Shown in pieces: positions 10,830-21,272 of a DNA stretch of 64,000 nucleotides (its first letter is position 1; every line of letters begins with the position of its first letter). Where the stretch lies: assembly GCA_041658225.1 (NCBI GenBank), contig JBBAAN010000004.1, positions 2,945 through 66,944 of the forward strand, read 5' to 3'. Made by a program: the position numbers and the translations under genes. The notes below the pieces were generated by a model that saw only the letters and a list, made by a program, of their open reading frames with translations, had not been told where the DNA came from and did not search any database. This stretch comes from Actinomycetota bacterium (lineage in GTDB: Bacteria > Actinomycetota > CALGFH01 > JBBAAN01).

Positions 10830-12001
10830 GCACACCCATGGCGATTACCGCAGGCTTCCCCGCCGGACTGGGCGACGGGGTGAGCGTGGAGGTGCGCGGG
10901 CGCGACCTCGCCACCGGAGAGATGACCCTGAACATCGGCCCTCAGCACCCCTCGACCCACGGCGTGCTGCGGCTCTTGGTGACCGTGGACGGCGAGCGCA
11001 TCCTCGAGTGCCGGCCGGTGGTCGGCTACATGCATCGGGGCTTCGAGAAGCTGTCCGAGTACCGCGACTACCGCCAGATCATGGCGCTGATGAACCGGCA
11101 CGACTGGATTTCGGCCGCCTGCAACGAGGTCGGTGTGGCGCTGTTGGTCGAGAAGATGATGGGCTTGGAGGTCCCCGAGCGAGCGCAGTGGATCCGCACC
11201 ATCATCTGCGAGTGGAACCGCATCCTGAATCACCTGGTCTTCGTGGGCTCGTTTCCCCTGGAGCTGGGCGCACTGACGCCGGTCTTCTACGCCTTCCGTG
11301 AGCGGGAGGAAATCCAGAGACTGATGGAGATGGCCACCGGCCAGCGGCTGCACCACAACTTCTTTCGAGTGGGCGGTTTGAAGGAGGACGTGCCGGCCGG
11401 ATTCCTCGCGCTTTCGCGTGAGCTGGTGGGTCGTATTCGCGCTCGCATCCGCGAATACGAGGACCTGCTGCTGGGCAACGAGATCTTCAAGGCGCGCACC
11501 AAGGGCATTGGCGTGCTGAGCGCCGAGGTCGCCCTCGACCACGGGGTCTCCGGGGCGATCCTGCACGCGACCGGCTGTTCGGAGGACGCGCGCAAGACCG
11601 AGCCCTATCTGAAGTACGGCGAGGTCGACTTCGATGTGCCGGTGGGCGAGAACGGGGACGCCTACGATCGCTTCCTCGTTCTGATCGAACGCATTCGCGC
11701 CTCGCTTCGGATCATCGAACAGGCCAACGACCTCGTTCCGGCGGGCCCCGTCAACTTGAGGATGCCCAAGGTGGTCAAGGTCCCCGAGGGCGCCGCGTAC
11801 ATCCGCACCGAGAACCCGCTCGGCCAGCTCTCCTACTACTGCGTCTCGCGCGGAGAGAAGACACCGTGGCGATTCAAGATCCGCACTCCCTCGTTCAACA
11901 ACGTCTCGGTGCTTCCCCACATGCTCCGGGGCGTCCTGCTGCCCGACCTCGTGGCGATCATGGGAAGCATGCTGTTCGTGGTGGGTGACGTGGACCGATG
12001 A
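10826..12001 (+). CDS. nuoD: NADH-quinone oxidoreductase subunit D (operon 2)
   Basis: 49-kDa-subunit motifs [16 protein letters not shown] and RIxNHL; GTG overlaps the nuoC stop. Confidence 0.92.
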   Translation: MSTPMAITAGFPAGLGDGVSVEVRGRDLATGEMTLNIGPQHPSTHGVLRLLVTVDGERILECRPVVGYMHRGFEKLSEYRDYRQIMALMNRHDWISAACNEVGVALLVEKMMGLEVPERAQWIRTIICEWNRILNHLVFVGSFPLELGALTPVFYAFREREEIQRLMEMATGQRLHHNFFRVGGLKEDVPAGFLALSRELVGRIRARIREYEDLLLGNEIFKARTKGIGVLSAEVALDHGVSGAILHATGCSEDARKTEPYLKYGEVDFDVPVGENGDAYDRFLVLIERIRASLRIIEQANDLVPAGPVNLRMPKVVKVPEGAAYIRTENPLGQLSYYCVSRGEKTPWRFKIRTPSFNNVSVLPHMLRGVLLPDLVAIMGSMLFVVGDVDR

Positions 12002-12993
12002 ACCTCGAGGCCTTCTTCGCCGACCCCTGGCTGCTCTTGGCAGGCAAGATCTTGGGCGTGCTCGGCGTGTTCGTGGCGGCGATGCTGGTGGTGGGCTACG
12101 GCGAGCACAAGGTCATGGCGCACATGCAGGCGCGCCTGGGCCCCATGGAGGCCGGGCGCTTCCACGGCTGGGCTCAGCTCATCGCCGACGGCGTGAAGTT
12201 CCTCCAGAAGGAGGACATCGTGCCCGCGGCCGCGGATCGCACCGTCTTCAAGCTGGCGCCGGCCGTGGTGATGATCCCGACGCTGATGGTCTTCGTCGTG
12301 ATCCCGTGGGCGCCGGGTCTGGCAGCCGAGAAGCTGGACGTCGGGCTGTTCTACGTGCTGGCGATCAGCTCGGTCAGCGTGGTCGGAGTGCTGATGGCCG
12401 CCTGGGCGAGCGCCAACAAGTTCTCCTTGATCGGGGGTCTTCGCGCCGCCGCCCAGCTCATCTCCTACGAGCTTCCCCTGGTGTTCGCCTCGGCTGCTGT
12501 GGCCATACAGGCGGGCACGATGTCGTTGGTGGGTATCGTCGAGGCCCAGCATGCCTACCCATTCGTGCTCACCCAGTTCGTCGGTCTCGCCGTGTTCTTC
12601 ATGGCCGGCCTGGCAGAGCTATCGCGCTCACCGTTCGACATGCCCATGGCGGACTCAGAGATCATCTTCGGATCCGTCACGGAGTACTCGGGCCTTCGCA
12701 TGGCCTTCTTCATGCTTACCGAGTACGCGGGCATCGCCGCGATCTCGGCCATCGCCTCGGTGCTCTACCTCGGCGGCTGGAAGGGGCCCTTCTACATCCC
12801 GGGCTTGGAGAAGCTGACGGCGGTGGGTTGGACGGTCTCCAAGACGCTGGCGCTTGCTTTCGTGATGATCTGGGCGCGCTCGACCTTCCCGCGGCTTCGC
12901 GAGGACCAGCTTCAGCGCTTCTCGTGGCAACTGCTCATCCCGACCTCGCTCGGCCTGATCCTCGTGGTCGGCGCCTGCAAGGTGGTGTTCTAG
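11998..12993 (+). CDS. nuoH: NADH-quinone oxidoreductase subunit H (operon 2)
   Basis: [39 protein letters not shown] overlaps the nuoD stop, so no room for nuoE/F/G. Confidence 0.92.
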   Translation: MNLEAFFADPWLLLAGKILGVLGVFVAAMLVVGYGEHKVMAHMQARLGPMEAGRFHGWAQLIADGVKFLQKEDIVPAAADRTVFKLAPAVVMIPTLMVFVVIPWAPGLAAEKLDVGLFYVLAISSVSVVGVLMAAWASANKFSLIGGLRAAAQLISYELPLVFASAAVAIQAGTMSLVGIVEAQHAYPFVLTQFVGLAVFFMAGLAELSRSPFDMPMADSEIIFGSVTEYSGLRMAFFMLTEYAGIAAISAIASVLYLGGWKGPFYIPGLEKLTAVGWTVSKTLALAFVMIWARSTFPRLREDQLQRFSWQLLIPTSLGLILVVGACKVVF

Positions 12994-12995
12994 CG

Positions 12996-13592
12996 ATGGC
13001 GATTCCGGGGGTGGGTCTGCTCAAGGGGTTGGCCGTCACGTTCAAGACGATGTCGCGCCGCTCGGTCACCCAGCAGTACCCGCACGTTCGTCCGGAGCTA
13101 CCTGCCCGCACCCGCGGCGTCATCGCGTTGCTGGAGGGCAACTGCACCGTGTGCATGCTCTGCGCGCGCGAGTGCCCCGACTGGTGCATCTACATCGAGT
13201 CGCACAAGGAAGTTGTTCCGGCCAAGGAGGAGGGGGCCCGGCCGCGGACCCGCAACTCACTCGACCGCTTCGCGATCGACTTCGCGCTCTGCATGTACTG
13301 CGGCATCTGCGTGGAGGTCTGCCCCTTCGCCGCGCTGTACTGGTCGCCGGAGTTCGAATACTCCGAGTACGACATTGCGGAGCTGACGCACGAGAAGGAC
13401 CGGTTGGGTGGGTGGATGGCCACGGTGCCCGAGCCGCCGGCCCTGGAGGAGGGTGCCGTGTCTTCCCAGGCGTCCGGAGTTGGGCGCAAGTCCACCGAGG
13501 CCAAGACGGTGGAGCCCGCCCAGGGCGCCACTCCTCTCGCCCAGGCCGAACCGGCCCAACCCTCTGCCGGCGATCTGGAGGTGGGGGAATGA
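12996..13592 (+). CDS. nuoI: NADH-quinone oxidoreductase subunit I (operon 2) with a C-terminal extension
   Basis: [12 protein letters not shown] and [12 protein letters not shown] ferredoxin motifs. Confidence 0.88.
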   Translation: MAIPGVGLLKGLAVTFKTMSRRSVTQQYPHVRPELPARTRGVIALLEGNCTVCMLCARECPDWCIYIESHKEVVPAKEEGARPRTRNSLDRFAIDFALCMYCGICVEVCPFAALYWSPEFEYSEYDIAELTHEKDRLGGWMATVPEPPALEEGAVSSQASGVGRKSTEAKTVEPAQGATPLAQAEPAQPSAGDLEVGE

Positions 13593-14086
13593 CGGGCTAC
13601 GACTGGGTGTTCCTGGCGATGGCCTTGGTCACGGCCGGCGGCGCGCTGGCGGTGGTGACGACCCGCAATGTGGTCCACGGTGCCCTGGCATTGGTGATCT
13701 CGCTGGGCGGGGTCGCCCTGATCTACTTCTTGCTCACGGCGCCGTTCGTGGCACTGGCGCAGCTTCTGATCTATGTGGGGGCGATCGTGATCCTGCTGCT
13801 GTTCGCCCTGATGCTCACCCGCGCACCACTCGGCACGGAAACGCTAGACAACCCGTCGATGGCGCAGCGCCTGATCGGCGCCACGGTTGCCTCGGCCCTC
13901 TTCGGGCTGATGGCCGTGCTGCTGACCGACGGATTCCGCGGCAAGATGATCGACCTCAGCAGCCCCACCTCCACGAGCGTGCTGGGCGAGTCCCTGTTCC
14001 GCTACTTCGTGCTTCCGTTCGAGGCCGTTTCGATGTTGCTGCTGGCGGCTCTGGTGGGATCGATCGTGCTGGCGAGGAAGGACTGA
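13589..14086 (+). CDS. nuoJ: NADH-quinone oxidoreductase subunit J (operon 2)
   Basis: ATG overlaps the nuoI2 stop; ND6-like hydrophobic protein. Confidence 0.85.
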   Translation: MTGYDWVFLAMALVTAGGALAVVTTRNVVHGALALVISLGGVALIYFLLTAPFVALAQLLIYVGAIVILLLFALMLTRAPLGTETLDNPSMAQRLIGATVASALFGLMAVLLTDGFRGKMIDLSSPTSTSVLGESLFRYFVLPFEAVSMLLLAALVGSIVLARKD

Positions 14087-14090
14087 GGCC

Positions 14091-14405
14091 GTGGGCACTC
14101 TGCACATGACACTGCCGCTGGTGCTCTCGACCTTCCTGTTCTGTGTAGGCATCTACGGTGTGCTCGTCCGCCGCAACGCGGTGATCGTGCTGATGTCCAT
14201 CGAGCTGATGCTCAATGCGGTGAACCTCAACCTGGTCGCGTTCTCCGTATTCCTGCGCAGCCACTTCGCCGTCGGGCAAGTCTTCGCGCTGTTCGTGATC
14301 GCGGTGGCCGCTGCCGAGGTGGGCATCGGTCTGGCGATCGTGCTGCTCATCTATCGGAACCGGGAAACGGTCAATGTGGACGATGTTCATCTGCTCCGCT
14401 GGTAG
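14091..14405 (+). CDS. nuoK: NADH-quinone oxidoreductase subunit K (operon 2)
   Basis: [28 protein letters not shown]. Alternative start ATG 14106. Confidence 0.88.
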   Translation: MGTLHMTLPLVLSTFLFCVGIYGVLVRRNAVIVLMSIELMLNAVNLNLVAFSVFLRSHFAVGQVFALFVIAVAAAEVGIGLAIVLLIYRNRETVNVDDVHLLRW

Positions 14406-14514
14406 CGGGAAGAGGAGCCGGGAAGAGGGGTTGCGCTTGTCCGTTCTGGATTCGCACTCGCGGAAAGCCCGCGGCCCGGGCGGGCACGGGCCCGGGCGAG
14501 GGGTGGGCTGAGCC

Positions 14515-16491
14515 GTGTTCCTGCGCAGCGCGTGGTTGGTTCCGGCCCTTCCGGCGGCCGCATTCTTCGCCGTCCTCTTCTTCGGCAAGCGTCTGAGGAG
14601 CAGGGGTGCCGGGATTAGCATCCTGGCCACCGGCATTTCGTTTGCGCTCTCCGTCGGCATTCTCGCTCGAGTAGTCGGCGGGGCGGCAGCCGTCGAGCGA
14701 AGCATGGAGTGGGCTCGCTTCGGCGGGAAGCTTGCTCTGCGTTTGGGAATGAAAGTCGACGGGCTGACGGCCGTGATGTTCGTGGTCGTCACCAGCGTCT
14801 CGTTGCTGGTGCAGATCTATTCCACGGGCTACATGCGCGGTGATGCCCGCTACACCTGGTTCTTCGCCGCGCTCTCACTGTTCACCGCCGGCATGCTGGA
14901 TGTGGTGATCGCCGACAACCTGATCCAGCTTCTGATCGGCTGGGAGATCATCGGTCTCTGCTCCTACTTCCTGATCGGTCATTACTGGGAGGAGAAGGAG
15001 AACTCCGACGCCGGCATCAAGGCGTTCATCACCACCCGGATCGGTGACGTGGGCTTCCTTCTCGGCATCTTCACGCTCTTCTCCGCCACCAGGACGTTCA
15101 GCATCGACGGGATCATAAGGGCGGTGGAGTCCGGCCAGGTCTCGCCGGGATGGGTGACCGCCGGCGCGGTGCTGCTCTTCTGCGGGGCGATCGGTAAGTC
15201 CGCTCAGTTCCCCTTGCACGTGTGGCTTCCCGACGCGATGGCCGGCCCAACTCCGGTCTCGGCTTTGATCCACGCGGCGACCATGGTTGCGGCCGGTGTG
15301 TTCCTGGTCGGGCGCATGTTCCCGGTGTTCTCCGCCTCGACTCCTGCGATGAACGAGATCGCCATCCTGGCATCGATCACGATGCTGATCTCCGCGCTGA
15401 TGGCGCTGGTGCAGGACGACATCAAGAAGGTCCTGGCTTACTCGACCATCTCCCAGCTTGCCTACATGATGGCCGGGCTGGCGGTGGGCGCCTACTCCGC
15501 GGGCATCTTCCACCTGTTCACCCACGCCTTCTTTAAGGCTCTGCTCTTTCTCGCGGCCGGAAGCGTCATTCATGCCGTGCACTCAAACAACCTCTCGGAC
15601 ATGGGGGGCCTGCGCCGCGCCATGCCCTGGACCTTCGTGACGTTCGCGATCGGATCGCTGGCCCTGGCCGGCATCCCGCCCTTCGGCGGGTTCTGGTCGA
15701 AAGACGAGATCATCGGCGAGGCCTTCAAGGCGGGATTTGGTGGAGAGGTGCTGCGTGGAGCGAGCCCGGCGGTTGCCAGGGTCGTGTTCGTCGTTGCGCT
15801 GGTCACCGCGTTCCTGACGGCTTTCTACATGGCGCGCGCGGTCAGGCTTGCGTTCTTCGGTGCCTTTCGCGGACACGGCCAACCGCGCGAGTCCGAGTGG
15901 CGTATGACAGGCGTGCTGGTCGCGCTGGCGATTCCGGCAGCGCTGGCCGGGTTGGCGGGAGCGCCGTTCATGGGCCGCCACGCCTTTGGCTCCTGGATCG
16001 CCGCCGCCGGCGAGAGCGTTCATCACTCGCCCAGCCTCAACCTTTCGCTGGCGGGCCTGAGCGCGGGACTGGCTCTGGTGGCGATCTGGGTGGCGTGGAG
16101 GGTCTACTCACGCGTGAGCGTGGAGCGGGACCCGATGCTTGGCATGGGTGGGCTCACCCGGTTGCTCGTCAACAAGTTCTACCTGGACGAACTCTACTCG
16201 AGGGGCATCATCCGGCCGATCCAGTACGGGCTCTCGGCCGTGGCGAGTTGGCTCGATCGCCGGGTGGTTGACGGGGTAGTGAACGCCGCTTCAGTAGTCA
16301 CCCGGGGGGTTTCCAACCTCGCCTACGACGTGATGGATCAGAAGGTGATCGACGGGGCCGTCAACGGGTTGGGCCGCACTGCCAAGAGCGGGGGGAGCCT
16401 GCTGAAGTATCTGCAGACCGGTCAGGTGCAGTGGTACGCGGCGATGCTGGTCGCCGGCGTCGTGGTCCTCGCCGCGGTGGCCACGAGGTAA
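14515..16491 (+). CDS. nuoL: NADH-quinone oxidoreductase subunit L (operon 2)
   Basis: 658 aa ([25 protein letters not shown]). Separated from nuoK2 by a 109-bp untranslated gap. Confidence 0.92.
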   Translation: MFLRSAWLVPALPAAAFFAVLFFGKRLRSRGAGISILATGISFALSVGILARVVGGAAAVERSMEWARFGGKLALRLGMKVDGLTAVMFVVVTSVSLLVQIYSTGYMRGDARYTWFFAALSLFTAGMLDVVIADNLIQLLIGWEIIGLCSYFLIGHYWEEKENSDAGIKAFITTRIGDVGFLLGIFTLFSATRTFSIDGIIRAVESGQVSPGWVTAGAVLLFCGAIGKSAQFPLHVWLPDAMAGPTPVSALIHAATMVAAGVFLVGRMFPVFSASTPAMNEIAILASITMLISALMALVQDDIKKVLAYSTISQLAYMMAGLAVGAYSAGIFHLFTHAFFKALLFLAAGSVIHAVHSNNLSDMGGLRRAMPWTFVTFAIGSLALAGIPPFGGFWSKDEIIGEAFKAGFGGEVLRGASPAVARVVFVVALVTAFLTAFYMARAVRLAFFGAFRGHGQPRESEWRMTGVLVALAIPAALAGLAGAPFMGRHAFGSWIAAAGESVHHSPSLNLSLAGLSAGLALVAIWVAWRVYSRVSVERDPMLGMGGLTRLLVNKFYLDELYSRGIIRPIQYGLSAVASWLDRRVVDGVVNAASVVTRGVSNLAYDVMDQKVIDGAVNGLGRTAKSGGSLLKYLQTGQVQWYAAMLVAGVVVLAAVATR

Positions 16492-16637
16492 CGGGAAAGC
16501 GGTGCTTGTGGGGCCGCTGGTCTGCCCGGCGGCAAGGGCCGGGGGGATGTGATTGTGAGGCGGGAGATGAGGGGCCCAAGGGAACGGGTCCTGCGGCAAC
16601 GAGGTTCGCGAGATAGACGAGGAAGGGAGCGCACGGC

Positions 16638-18167
16638 ATGCGGTTCGACGATTGGGCACTAAGTCTGGCGGTTTTCCTGCCGGCCGCCGGCGCCCTGGCG
16701 ATCCTGCTGGTGCCCAAGAAGAGGGAGCAGACGGCCAAAGCGCTTGCGCTGCTGTTCTCGGGTCTGGCAGCGGTGGTCGGCGTGGGGATCCTGTTGCGGT
16801 TCGACTACCAGGCGAGCCAGACCCTCCAGTTCGCGGTGGACAACCGCTGGATCACCACGATCGGGGCCCGCTACCACCTCGGGGTGGACGGCATCGGGCT
16901 GCCCCTACTGGCGCTCTCGCTCCTGATGAGCTTCCTGTCGGTTGTCTACTCCATGCGCATCCTGCCCGAGCCCCGCAACGCCAAGGCGTTCCTCGCGCTG
17001 GTGCTGCTGCTCGAGACCGGGATGAACGGAACGTTCGTGGCGCTGGACCTGATCCTGTTCTTCATCTTCTGGGAACTGGTCCTGGTCCCGATGTACTTCA
17101 TCATCGGGGTCTGGGGCGGGCCGCGCCGGGAGTACGCGGCGATCAAGTTCTTCCTCTACACCCTGTTCGGCTCGGTGTTCATGCTCCTTGGCTTCCTGGC
17201 CCTGTACTTCAAGAGCATCGACCCGGCCACCGGCGCGCACACCTTCGATATCGTCACGCTCACCCATCAGTCCTTCGCGCCGGGTTTCGAGAAGTTGGTC
17301 TTCCTGGGGATCTTCCTCGGCTTTGCCATCAAGGTTCCCATGTTCCCGTTCCACACCTGGCTGCCCGACGCCCACACCGAGGCGCCGACGGTCGGCTCGG
17401 TGCTTCTGGCCGCCGTCCTGCTGAAGATGGGCACCTACGGCTTCGTGCGCATTGCCCTGCCGGTTCTGCCGCAGGCCGCGCGCTCCTACGCCCCGGCCAT
17501 CGCCGTCCTGGCGACGATCGCCATCGTCTACGGAGCGCTGAACTGCCTGGCGCAGAAGGACATGAAGCGACTGATCGCCTTCTCCTCGGTGGGCCACATG
17601 GGCTTCGTCATGCTGGGCATCGCAACCCTGACCACGATCGGCATCAACGCGGCGATCTTCGGGATGGTGGCCCACGGCCTGATCACCGGCATGCTCTTCT
17701 TCACGGCCGGCTCGATCCATGATCGCTACCACACCCGGTTGATCGAGGACATCGGCGGCGGCATGCTGGCCAAGCTCCCGCACTTGGGCGGGACGCTGAC
17801 GTTCGTGGCCATCGCCTCGCTTGGTCTGCCGGGACTGGCCGGGTTCTGGGGTGAGCTCTACGCGCTGCTTGCCGCCTACCGACCGGCGCCCGGGCTGTCG
17901 CTGCCGCTCTATCGCACTCTGATGGTCTTCGGCGCAATCGGCACCGTGCTGACGGCGGGCTACTTCTTGTGGATGCTTCAGCGGGTGAACCTGGGCAAGA
18001 TCCCGGAGCGCTGGCGGGCCTCGAAGTTCGAGGACGTCACGGCGGTGGAGTGGGCGGCCTGGGCGCCGGTGCTGGTCCTGATCGTGGCGCTCGGAGTCTG
18101 GCCTGCCGCCGTCCTTGGGATCACCAACGACGCGGTCGCGGCCCTCGCGCGCGTGTTCGGGGGGTAG
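16638..18167 (+). CDS. nuoM: NADH-quinone oxidoreductase subunit M (operon 2)
   Basis: 509 aa (WLPDAHTEAPTVGSVLLAAVLLKMG). A 146-bp gap lies upstream. Confidence 0.92.
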   Translation: MRFDDWALSLAVFLPAAGALAILLVPKKREQTAKALALLFSGLAAVVGVGILLRFDYQASQTLQFAVDNRWITTIGARYHLGVDGIGLPLLALSLLMSFLSVVYSMRILPEPRNAKAFLALVLLLETGMNGTFVALDLILFFIFWELVLVPMYFIIGVWGGPRREYAAIKFFLYTLFGSVFMLLGFLALYFKSIDPATGAHTFDIVTLTHQSFAPGFEKLVFLGIFLGFAIKVPMFPFHTWLPDAHTEAPTVGSVLLAAVLLKMGTYGFVRIALPVLPQAARSYAPAIAVLATIAIVYGALNCLAQKDMKRLIAFSSVGHMGFVMLGIATLTTIGINAAIFGMVAHGLITGMLFFTAGSIHDRYHTRLIEDIGGGMLAKLPHLGGTLTFVAIASLGLPGLAGFWGELYALLAAYRPAPGLSLPLYRTLMVFGAIGTVLTAGYFLWMLQRVNLGKIPERWRASKFEDVTAVEWAAWAPVLVLIVALGVWPAAVLGITNDAVAALARVFGG

Positions 18168-18261
18168 AGGTGTCGGGTCCGGGTGATGAGTGCTTGGAGT
18201 GCGAGAACGCCGCGGCGCGGGAGACGAGACAGGTGAAGGTGGACGCCGCAAGGAGGGGGAG

Positions 18262-19719
18262 ATGGTGAGCATCGACTACCACGCCATCGCGCCGGAGCTG
18301 GTGCTTGCGGGCACAGCGCTGGTGGTGCTGGTGGTCGACCTGTTCCTTCGCGCCGAACGAAAGTGGCTGGCGATGCCGGTCTCTCTCGCCGGGGTGATCG
18401 CCTCGCTCGCGGCCTTGGTCACACTCGCCGGCGCCGGGCGGCGCGTGACCTTCGGCGGGATGTTCGTGGTGGACAACTACTCGCTGCTGTTCAAGGCGCT
18501 GTTCCTCGGCTCTGCCCTGATCGTGATGCTGGTTTCGCTTCGCCACTTCGATGACGGCGTCTACTACCAGGGTGAGGCGTACTTCCTGCTGCTGGTGAGC
18601 TTCCTCGGCATGCTGCTCATGCCCTCGGCCCGGGATCTGCTGATGCTCTTCCTGGCCTTGGAGCTCGTCTCGGCGCCGGCGTTCCTTCTGGCCGGCTGGC
18701 GGAAGAGGGATCCGCGATCGAATGAGGGGGCCCTGAAGTTCTTCCTCATCGGCGTGCTCGCCACGGCGGTGATGCTCTTCGGCATGAGCCTGGTCTACGG
18801 GGTCACCGGACACACCAACCTCTACCTCATCGCCCGAGCCCTGCTTCCGACCGGAGCTCATCCCGTGGTGCTGCTGGCGATGATGTTCGTGTTGGTCGGT
18901 TTCGCCTTCAAGGTCTCGGCGGTGCCCTTCCACTTCTGGGCCCCCGACACCTATGAAGGCGCCCCGATTCCGGTCGCGGCGTTCTTGTCCGTGGCATCCA
19001 AGGCCGCCGGCTTCGCCGGCCTGCTCCAGGTGACCTTCCTCGCTTTCCCGCGCTATGCGCAGTACTGGGCGCCGGCGTTGGCGGCACTCTCGGCGCTCAC
19101 CATGACGCTGGGCAACCTCACGGCGCTGGTACAGCGCAACATCGTGCGTCTGCTTGCCTACTCCTCGATCGCTCAGGCCGGCTACATGCTGCTGCCCTTC
19201 GGCCTCATCGGCCACCGAGCCGGCACCGCCAACAACGCCTTCGCGGCCATCCTGGTCTACCTGCTGATCTACGCGTTCATGAATCTCGGGGCCTTTGCCG
19301 TGGTGGTGGCGGTGGCCCGCCACGAGCCGGGTAACCAGATCTCCGACTACGCCGGTCTCGGCAAGCGCTCGCCGGCGCTGGCCGTGGCGATGACGCTGTT
19401 CCTGCTCTCGCTGGCCGGGGTGCCGCCGTTGGCCGGCTGGGCGGCCAAGTTCTTCGTTTTCCGCGCCACGATCCAGTCGGAGGTCCTTTGGCTCGCGGTC
19501 GTGATGGTCGCGAACACGATCGTGGGCGCTTTCTACTACCTGGGCATCATCAAGACGATGTGGATGGGGGATCCGGCGGCGGGCAAGGGCCCGGTGGGCG
19601 TGCCGCGCTCGCTTGCGGTGGCCATCGCCGTGGCCGCGGCCGGGGTGCTCGCGGTCGGGATCTATCCCGAGGTCATCGTTCGCTACGCGCCGCTGTCCAC
19701 GTTGCTCGCGGTCCACTAG
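18262..19719 (+). CDS. nuoN: NADH-quinone oxidoreductase subunit N (operon 2)
   Basis: ATG at 18262 sits behind AGGAGGGGGAG (FHFWAPDTYEGAPIPVAAFLS). The 18190 start in the ORF track is an upstream in-frame extension. Confidence 0.9.
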   Translation: MVSIDYHAIAPELVLAGTALVVLVVDLFLRAERKWLAMPVSLAGVIASLAALVTLAGAGRRVTFGGMFVVDNYSLLFKALFLGSALIVMLVSLRHFDDGVYYQGEAYFLLLVSFLGMLLMPSARDLLMLFLALELVSAPAFLLAGWRKRDPRSNEGALKFFLIGVLATAVMLFGMSLVYGVTGHTNLYLIARALLPTGAHPVVLLAMMFVLVGFAFKVSAVPFHFWAPDTYEGAPIPVAAFLSVASKAAGFAGLLQVTFLAFPRYAQYWAPALAALSALTMTLGNLTALVQRNIVRLLAYSSIAQAGYMLLPFGLIGHRAGTANNAFAAILVYLLIYAFMNLGAFAVVVAVARHEPGNQISDYAGLGKRSPALAVAMTLFLLSLAGVPPLAGWAAKFFVFRATIQSEVLWLAVVMVANTIVGAFYYLGIIKTMWMGDPAAGKGPVGVPRSLAVAIAVAAAGVLAVGIYPEVIVRYAPLSTLLAVH

Positions 19720-19801
19720 TCGCGACCCACCAGCGGGCCGGTGCGCCGCACATCGGGAAGTTCGCGATGGGGGCGTGACGTTTATCATGGGGAACGCGGC
19801 T

Positions 19802-19813
19802 CGAGACGTCTCG
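19802..19813. promoter_or_regulatory. Perfect 12-bp palindrome CGAGACGTCTCG 44 bp upstream of htpX (candidate operator)
   Basis: Self-complementary dodecamer in the nuoN2-htpX spacer. Confidence 0.3.
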
Positions 19814-19856
19814 GTGCGGCAGGTCCCGGCTCGGGTGCCATCTGGAGGTCTGTGAC

Positions 19857-20717
19857 ATGCGGGGGTTTGGCAACGGATTGAAGACCGCGGTGCTGCTGGC
19901 CGCTTTGTCGGGCTTGATGCTCATGGCCGGACAGACCATCGGCCACGGATTCGGCCTGAAGTTCGCGTTCGGGCTGGTTCTGGTGATGAACGGCGTGGCC
20001 TACTGGTTCTCAGACAAGATCGCGATCCTGTCGGCTCGGGCCAAGCCGGTGACCGAGCAGGAGATGCCCGGCTACTACGCCATCGTGCGCCGGCTCACCT
20101 CGAAGGCCGGGTTGCCCATGCCCAAGCTGTACGTCATCCCGTCACCTCAGCCCAACGCCTTCGCCACCGGACGCAACCCGCGCCACTCGGCGGTCGCGGT
20201 CACTCAGGGCATCCTCGGGATCCTGACCGAGGAGGAGCTTGAGGGTGTGATCGCTCACGAGCTTTCGCATGTGGGCAACCGCGACATCCTCATCAGCTCG
20301 ATCGCCGCCACGTTAGCCGCGACGATCACCTTCCTGGCTCGCCTGGCTTTCTACGCCGCCATCTTCGGTGGAGGTAGGGACGATGAGGACCGGGGCAGCG
20401 GCATCGGAGAGCTGGCTTTCTTGATCCTCGGCCCGATCGCGGCGATGCTGATCCAGCTTGCCGTGTCCCGCTCCAGGGAGTATCAGGCCGATGACTCCGG
20501 CGGCAGGCTGTGCGGAAAGCCGCTGGCGCTGGCGAGCGCTCTGGCGAAGCTGGAACGTGGAGCTCAGCTCGTGCCGGTGCAGACCAACGCCGCGATGGCG
20601 CACATGTACATCGTCAATCCGCTGCGAGGGCGGAGTATGTCCCGCATGTTCTCGACCCACCCGCCCACCGAGGAGCGCATCGCAAGGCTTCAGCGGCTCG
20701 CGCAGGTCATCGGCTAG
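19857..20717 (+). CDS. htpX: Zinc metalloprotease HtpX (M48 family)
   Basis: HELSHVGNRD (HExxH) motif, 4 TM segments, C-terminal MFSTHPPTEERI. Confidence 0.88.
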   Translation: MRGFGNGLKTAVLLAALSGLMLMAGQTIGHGFGLKFAFGLVLVMNGVAYWFSDKIAILSARAKPVTEQEMPGYYAIVRRLTSKAGLPMPKLYVIPSPQPNAFATGRNPRHSAVAVTQGILGILTEEELEGVIAHELSHVGNRDILISSIAATLAATITFLARLAFYAAIFGGGRDDEDRGSGIGELAFLILGPIAAMLIQLAVSRSREYQADDSGGRLCGKPLALASALAKLERGAQLVPVQTNAAMAHMYIVNPLRGRSMSRMFSTHPPTEERIARLQRLAQVIG

Positions 20718-20767
20718 CGGCCCCGCCTCCGGCGGGTGCGCGTGGTCGAGTCGGAGAGGAGGAAGTG

Positions 20768-21091
20768 ATGGGGGAGGAAGAGAAGACCTGGACCGAGAGC
20801 TTCAAGGTCAAGGGCTCCGAGCTCGTCGAGCGTATCGACAAGCTGATCCGCGAGGGCAACGTGCGGCGCATCATCGTGAAGCGAGGCGACCACACGGTCG
20901 TGGGGTTCCCACTCACGGCCGGGGTGGCGGCGGCGTTGTTCGCCCCCATGCTCGCCGCGGCCGGGGCGGTGGCCGCGCTGGTCACCGACTGCACGATCGT
21001 GGTCGAGCGCCACGAGCCGCCCATGTCCAAGGCCAAGGAGAAGCCCAAGGCCAAGCCGGCCCCCAAGGCCAAGCCCAAGGCCAAGGCGTAG
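20768..21091 (+). CDS. DUF4342-family small protein with a Lys/Ala/Pro-rich tail
   Basis: KTWTESFKVKGSELVERIDKLIREGNVRRIIVK..FPLTAGVAAALFAP matches the DUF4342 pattern; RBS GAGGAGG 8 nt upstream. Confidence 0.6.
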   Translation: MGEEEKTWTESFKVKGSELVERIDKLIREGNVRRIIVKRGDHTVVGFPLTAGVAAALFAPMLAAAGAVAALVTDCTIVVERHEPPMSKAKEKPKAKPAPKAKPKAKA

Positions 21092-21272
21092 CCCAAGGGG
21101 TAGGAGGCACGCGGCCGCTTCGCTCGCGCGGCGCGCGCACCCGCGGCGGCCTACGACCGGCAGTTCACGAACTGCCGGTGAGCCGGTGAGCCCGTGGTTG
21201 TCGAGCAACCCCATCGGGGGCGGCAACTCGGGCCGTCCTGCCCGGATCAGGAACTCGAATCGTCCCGCCCGG

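Noticed and set aside
16905-19788. Minus-strand ORFs of 455 and 555 aa
   Set aside because: Antisense to nuoM2 and nuoN2.
20722-20736. Intrinsic terminator after htpX (CCCGCC-TCC-GGCGGG)
   Set aside because: It is a 6-bp GC stem with no U tract. It was kept as unproven and not listed as a feature.
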